From Iphione sp. A-MEVVRFRX5 (taxonomy: Eukaryota), in NCBI GenBank assembly GCA_976226885.1, contig OZ320317.1, positions 83,886,001 to 83,950,000 on the forward strand: a stretch of DNA of 64,000 nt, read 5' to 3'. Each line of letters begins with the position of its first letter. The first letter of the stretch is position 1. Positions 60,731 to 64,000 of the stretch are shown in pieces. Both the position numbers and the translations under genes were made by a program. The notes under the pieces are model-generated. The model saw only the letters and a program-made list of their open reading frames with translations, was not told the origin of the DNA and did not search any database.

Positions 60731-63700
60731 GGGAAAATGATGAAAAATGACAGAATTTTATGAAAATATGCAGTCATGTTTAGCCCCAAGACTCCTCTGG
60801 CCCTATCTCAGGTCTCCTGGTCTTATCTACCCCTAGATGACAATGAAAAAAACGTCTCCATATCACCAAGATAGCAGACCCTCCCCAACTGATAAGCTGG
60901 TGGAATGATCAACACCTCTTACAAGATAGGCACCTTGCGGACGCCCTAAGACAGTCCGTCAGTGAATGAAAAATTGGCCATTAGTCATTTGGAACTAGTT
61001 CTACCCAAGTGAGCTGACTATGACACAACTCCATGCCTTGTAATCTCTAAACTTTGTGTGAGGGGGGTGGGTGTTTGCAAGTAAGATATTTCTTTTTTGG
61101 GATATTCAGACCCTCTTTAAATAGCATTTAAGTAATCGAACACCAAGGGTCCACGAAGTAGACCAGTCTATTAGTATCAGTGCATTTTGGTACACTGGTT
61201 GAGCAGACCCACAAGATTGTACCAGGGTGTCAGATTGTCGGATAACAGTATGCCATAGTTCCCTGCTATATACTGTCCGCAGATCTTGATCGAAGCAAGT
61301 CCTGATACGGGAGGACCAATCGACGCTCTAGTCAGAAGACAAAGGTCGCTTCGCCAATCCGATTAAAATCTGCTGGAAGGTGTCGGAGGACTGAAAATAC
61401 ACGGGCAGCCTTAGATTTTACGCTGCTCGTGGGCACGTGTACTACGTAGGCATTGGTCACGGTTCGGGCCAGGATGGACAGACCATTATGGAGACTCTAC
61501 GAGAGCGTCACACGCGAATAATTGATGGTCGTTGTGTATGTTAGCACCGTTTGTCTTAATGAACACTCGCAACAGGGAAGACAGACGCGAAAAGAACAAG
61601 GTTGGGGGGGGAGGAATTTGGTGAATAAATTATCTCGGTACGGACTGCGCTGAAGAGGACATCAGTTGAACACCGCAAGTTCTTTCCATTGCCCAAATTT
61701 GTCAGCATTACGACAGCCATATCATCTCCCTGACAAGCATGCGTGCTACTCAGACTGACAGTCCGAGTGGGTACAAAGCAACAAGCATCAAATACAAACG
61801 GTTTTAGACGCTCATTTTTTTGATCGGATGGGTTTTTTTTCTCCTTGCGATTACTGTGGTTCATTAAATTTCTCTTGCTCATCTAATACCTGTTTTTTTC
61901 TATCTCTATCTCTGCCTTTTCTTTTTTTTGCAATGTTGGTCGCCTCGTCCCTCAGTGTGGGTTTTTGGCTTCTTCAAATGGTGATTTGTGTTTCCTTTTC
62001 AGTTTATCTGAGATGGAGGAATGCTCAGTTCAGAGTCTACAGAGAGACCAACTGACAACGGTCAGAATCTAACATACCTCCCAGTGACCGTCGCATATGT
62101 ACATTGTATACGCTGGTATGTTGGTGCACTGAACTGAAGCTGTGATGGCCGTCCACACGATAATGGTACCGTCTCATCTGTATAAGTAGGCGTGACCGTG
62201 TGGTCTGGAACCCTTAACTTTTTAAAAATTGATTCGCCTCTCTTTTTGATGTCATTTCTACATTTCTGTATCGAAACGGCCGCGCCGCCTTGTCGCCCGC
62301 CCATTCATAATCCCCGTGTCCAGTATAGTATGCATTATTAGGAAGGCGTGGGTTACATACTGACCCACCCAATGTCTACGGGTTCTTTTGGGGCGAAGGA
62401 CGAGATATATATCGCCGCCTCGACTGAATAATGCATCGTAAATGGTTGGGAGTATGCGGCGTAGATGACGATGAAGCTTCTGTATTGTCGTCCATACTCT
62501 GCATGAAGACTTAAAAGATACTAGACCTTATATATAGTGATTTTACATTCTCACCATGCTAGAAAGGCTGTTTACATCACCTCCTCATACCATGGGTGCA
62601 TACTATGTATAATGCTGGCCAAACTATGTTACAATGTATCAGTCCTCTGATGCCAAAAGTGTAGTAGTAGCCATATCCATCTGCTCTTTGCTCGTTTGAA
62701 AGTGGATCTTTTCCTCTTTTTTTTCTAACATGAGCAAATTTGAAAAAAATGACATGTTTATCACTGTTTTATCAGCAGTACTTGCAGCGAGTTAATAACC
62801 TACTCGTGTTCACCGAGATAAGAAAAGGCAAGTGAATAATAATGTCTATGTGCGTAAATATGGATCTGGGATGCGGTTCATTGAGGGAGAAAGGCGAGAC
62901 CCAGCCTCTAGTATGTGTGCAGACAGTGTGTACAACAGGCCTGCACTCTGTGGCGAAGCTATCGATCTTGCTTTCTGTGATGAGTCGGCACATCTGATTT
63001 TTTTGCCGTCGATAGTTCAGTACTTACAGGCTGACGAGACAGGTACCGCTGGAAACTATACGCCGCCTCACTCACCATATGATGTCACCTCGTCATTGCC
63101 TGACTAATTGCATTCATGCGCTCGCTTCATGTGGCTATTGACTCTGAATTTTCGTGAGCAACTCAGGTGTACTTCCTATTGTTGGACTGTATTTGTCGAT
63201 TCAGCATTCTGTTTCTGTGATATTTTAAATCCACGTTTGTAAGTATAATTTGTATGAACCTACTAACGCACTTCTATGTCTCCGCTGGCAGTATGAATAA
63301 ACACTTCTACAGAGCACTACGAATAATTAGCTTTACATATGTGAATCTCACAAAGGACAACGCTTCAGTGATCAAGCACACAGAAGCACTCAACCAAGAT
63401 AGTGAAACATTAGCACCACAGTGACTCCATAACTGAATGAAAAGAAGCATGCACATGTGTAACTGTAGAATGTAACATGATTTCTACCTATCGTCACAAT
63501 ATGAGCAGTACCTCAGGCCATGAGAAATATCTCTTGGCGCTACTTTGGCGATTAAAATTTGTTTTTATTCCTGCAAAACGGAACGGATATCCTAGTCGCT
63601 GCATGGCTGTATTTGATACAGACAATTTCAACAGATGGAACTAATACAACTAATACAAACATATTTACCAGCATGAAATGGATTCACGGATCTGTTTTTC

Positions 63701-64000
63701 CCCTATTTTAATTCTTTATCAACCTGTTTTTGCGTCTATTCCTTTATTAGAGATGCAAGTAGTACAGCAACAGTGTGCTTAGTCTCTGTTCGGGATCAAA
63801 AAACGCCGATTGGATTTTCGACATTACAGTCCGCATGTCCTTCCTACAGCAATATGCATTAAGGAAATAATAGCCATGAGGTACTTCGTTCAAGCTATCT
63901 CCCCTAATGCTGACACGAGAGCCTGAGGGGTCTTCCCCCACACGGGTTCGGCGGATAATATTCAGCGCTAGCTTACCGTCTTATGCATACTGCCATCTAT

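Noticed and set aside
61200-61540. Protein-like minus-strand frame (LHNGLSILARTVTNAYVVHVP...)
   Set aside because: Short, interrupted by stops, with no recognisable motif or splice context.
37218-64000. Search for canonical KCNQ1 exon 1 (YNFLERPxGW...FxYH)
   Set aside because: No such motif was found by eye in the minus-strand frames; the exon probably lies upstream of the window.

Overview
Eukaryotic (animal) genomic DNA of moderate GC content with one 163-N assembly gap (9873-10035). The composition and repeat types suggest a marine invertebrate, but the species cannot be determined from the sequence. The window is dominated by a minus-strand KCNQ1 (Kv7.1) potassium channel gene. I located 12 GT-AG coding exons between 37217 and 14863 that splice in phase into a 1402-nt open frame (1 nt plus 467 codons), running from S1 through the pore and helices A-C to the start of helix D. 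The first exon (N-terminus) and the last exon (rest of helix D) were not found; they probably lie outside the window or in the gap. The introns and flanks carry several MITE families, a 5'-truncated LINE with a target-site duplication, minisatellites (one with a 90-bp higher-order structure), microsatellites and unidentifiable coding-like remnants. I found no clear novel multi-gene system. The best leads are candidate in-frame microexons and an alternative first exon in KCNQ1, unusual channel residues, and the higher-order minisatellite. Most ORFs in the supplied track look like noise.
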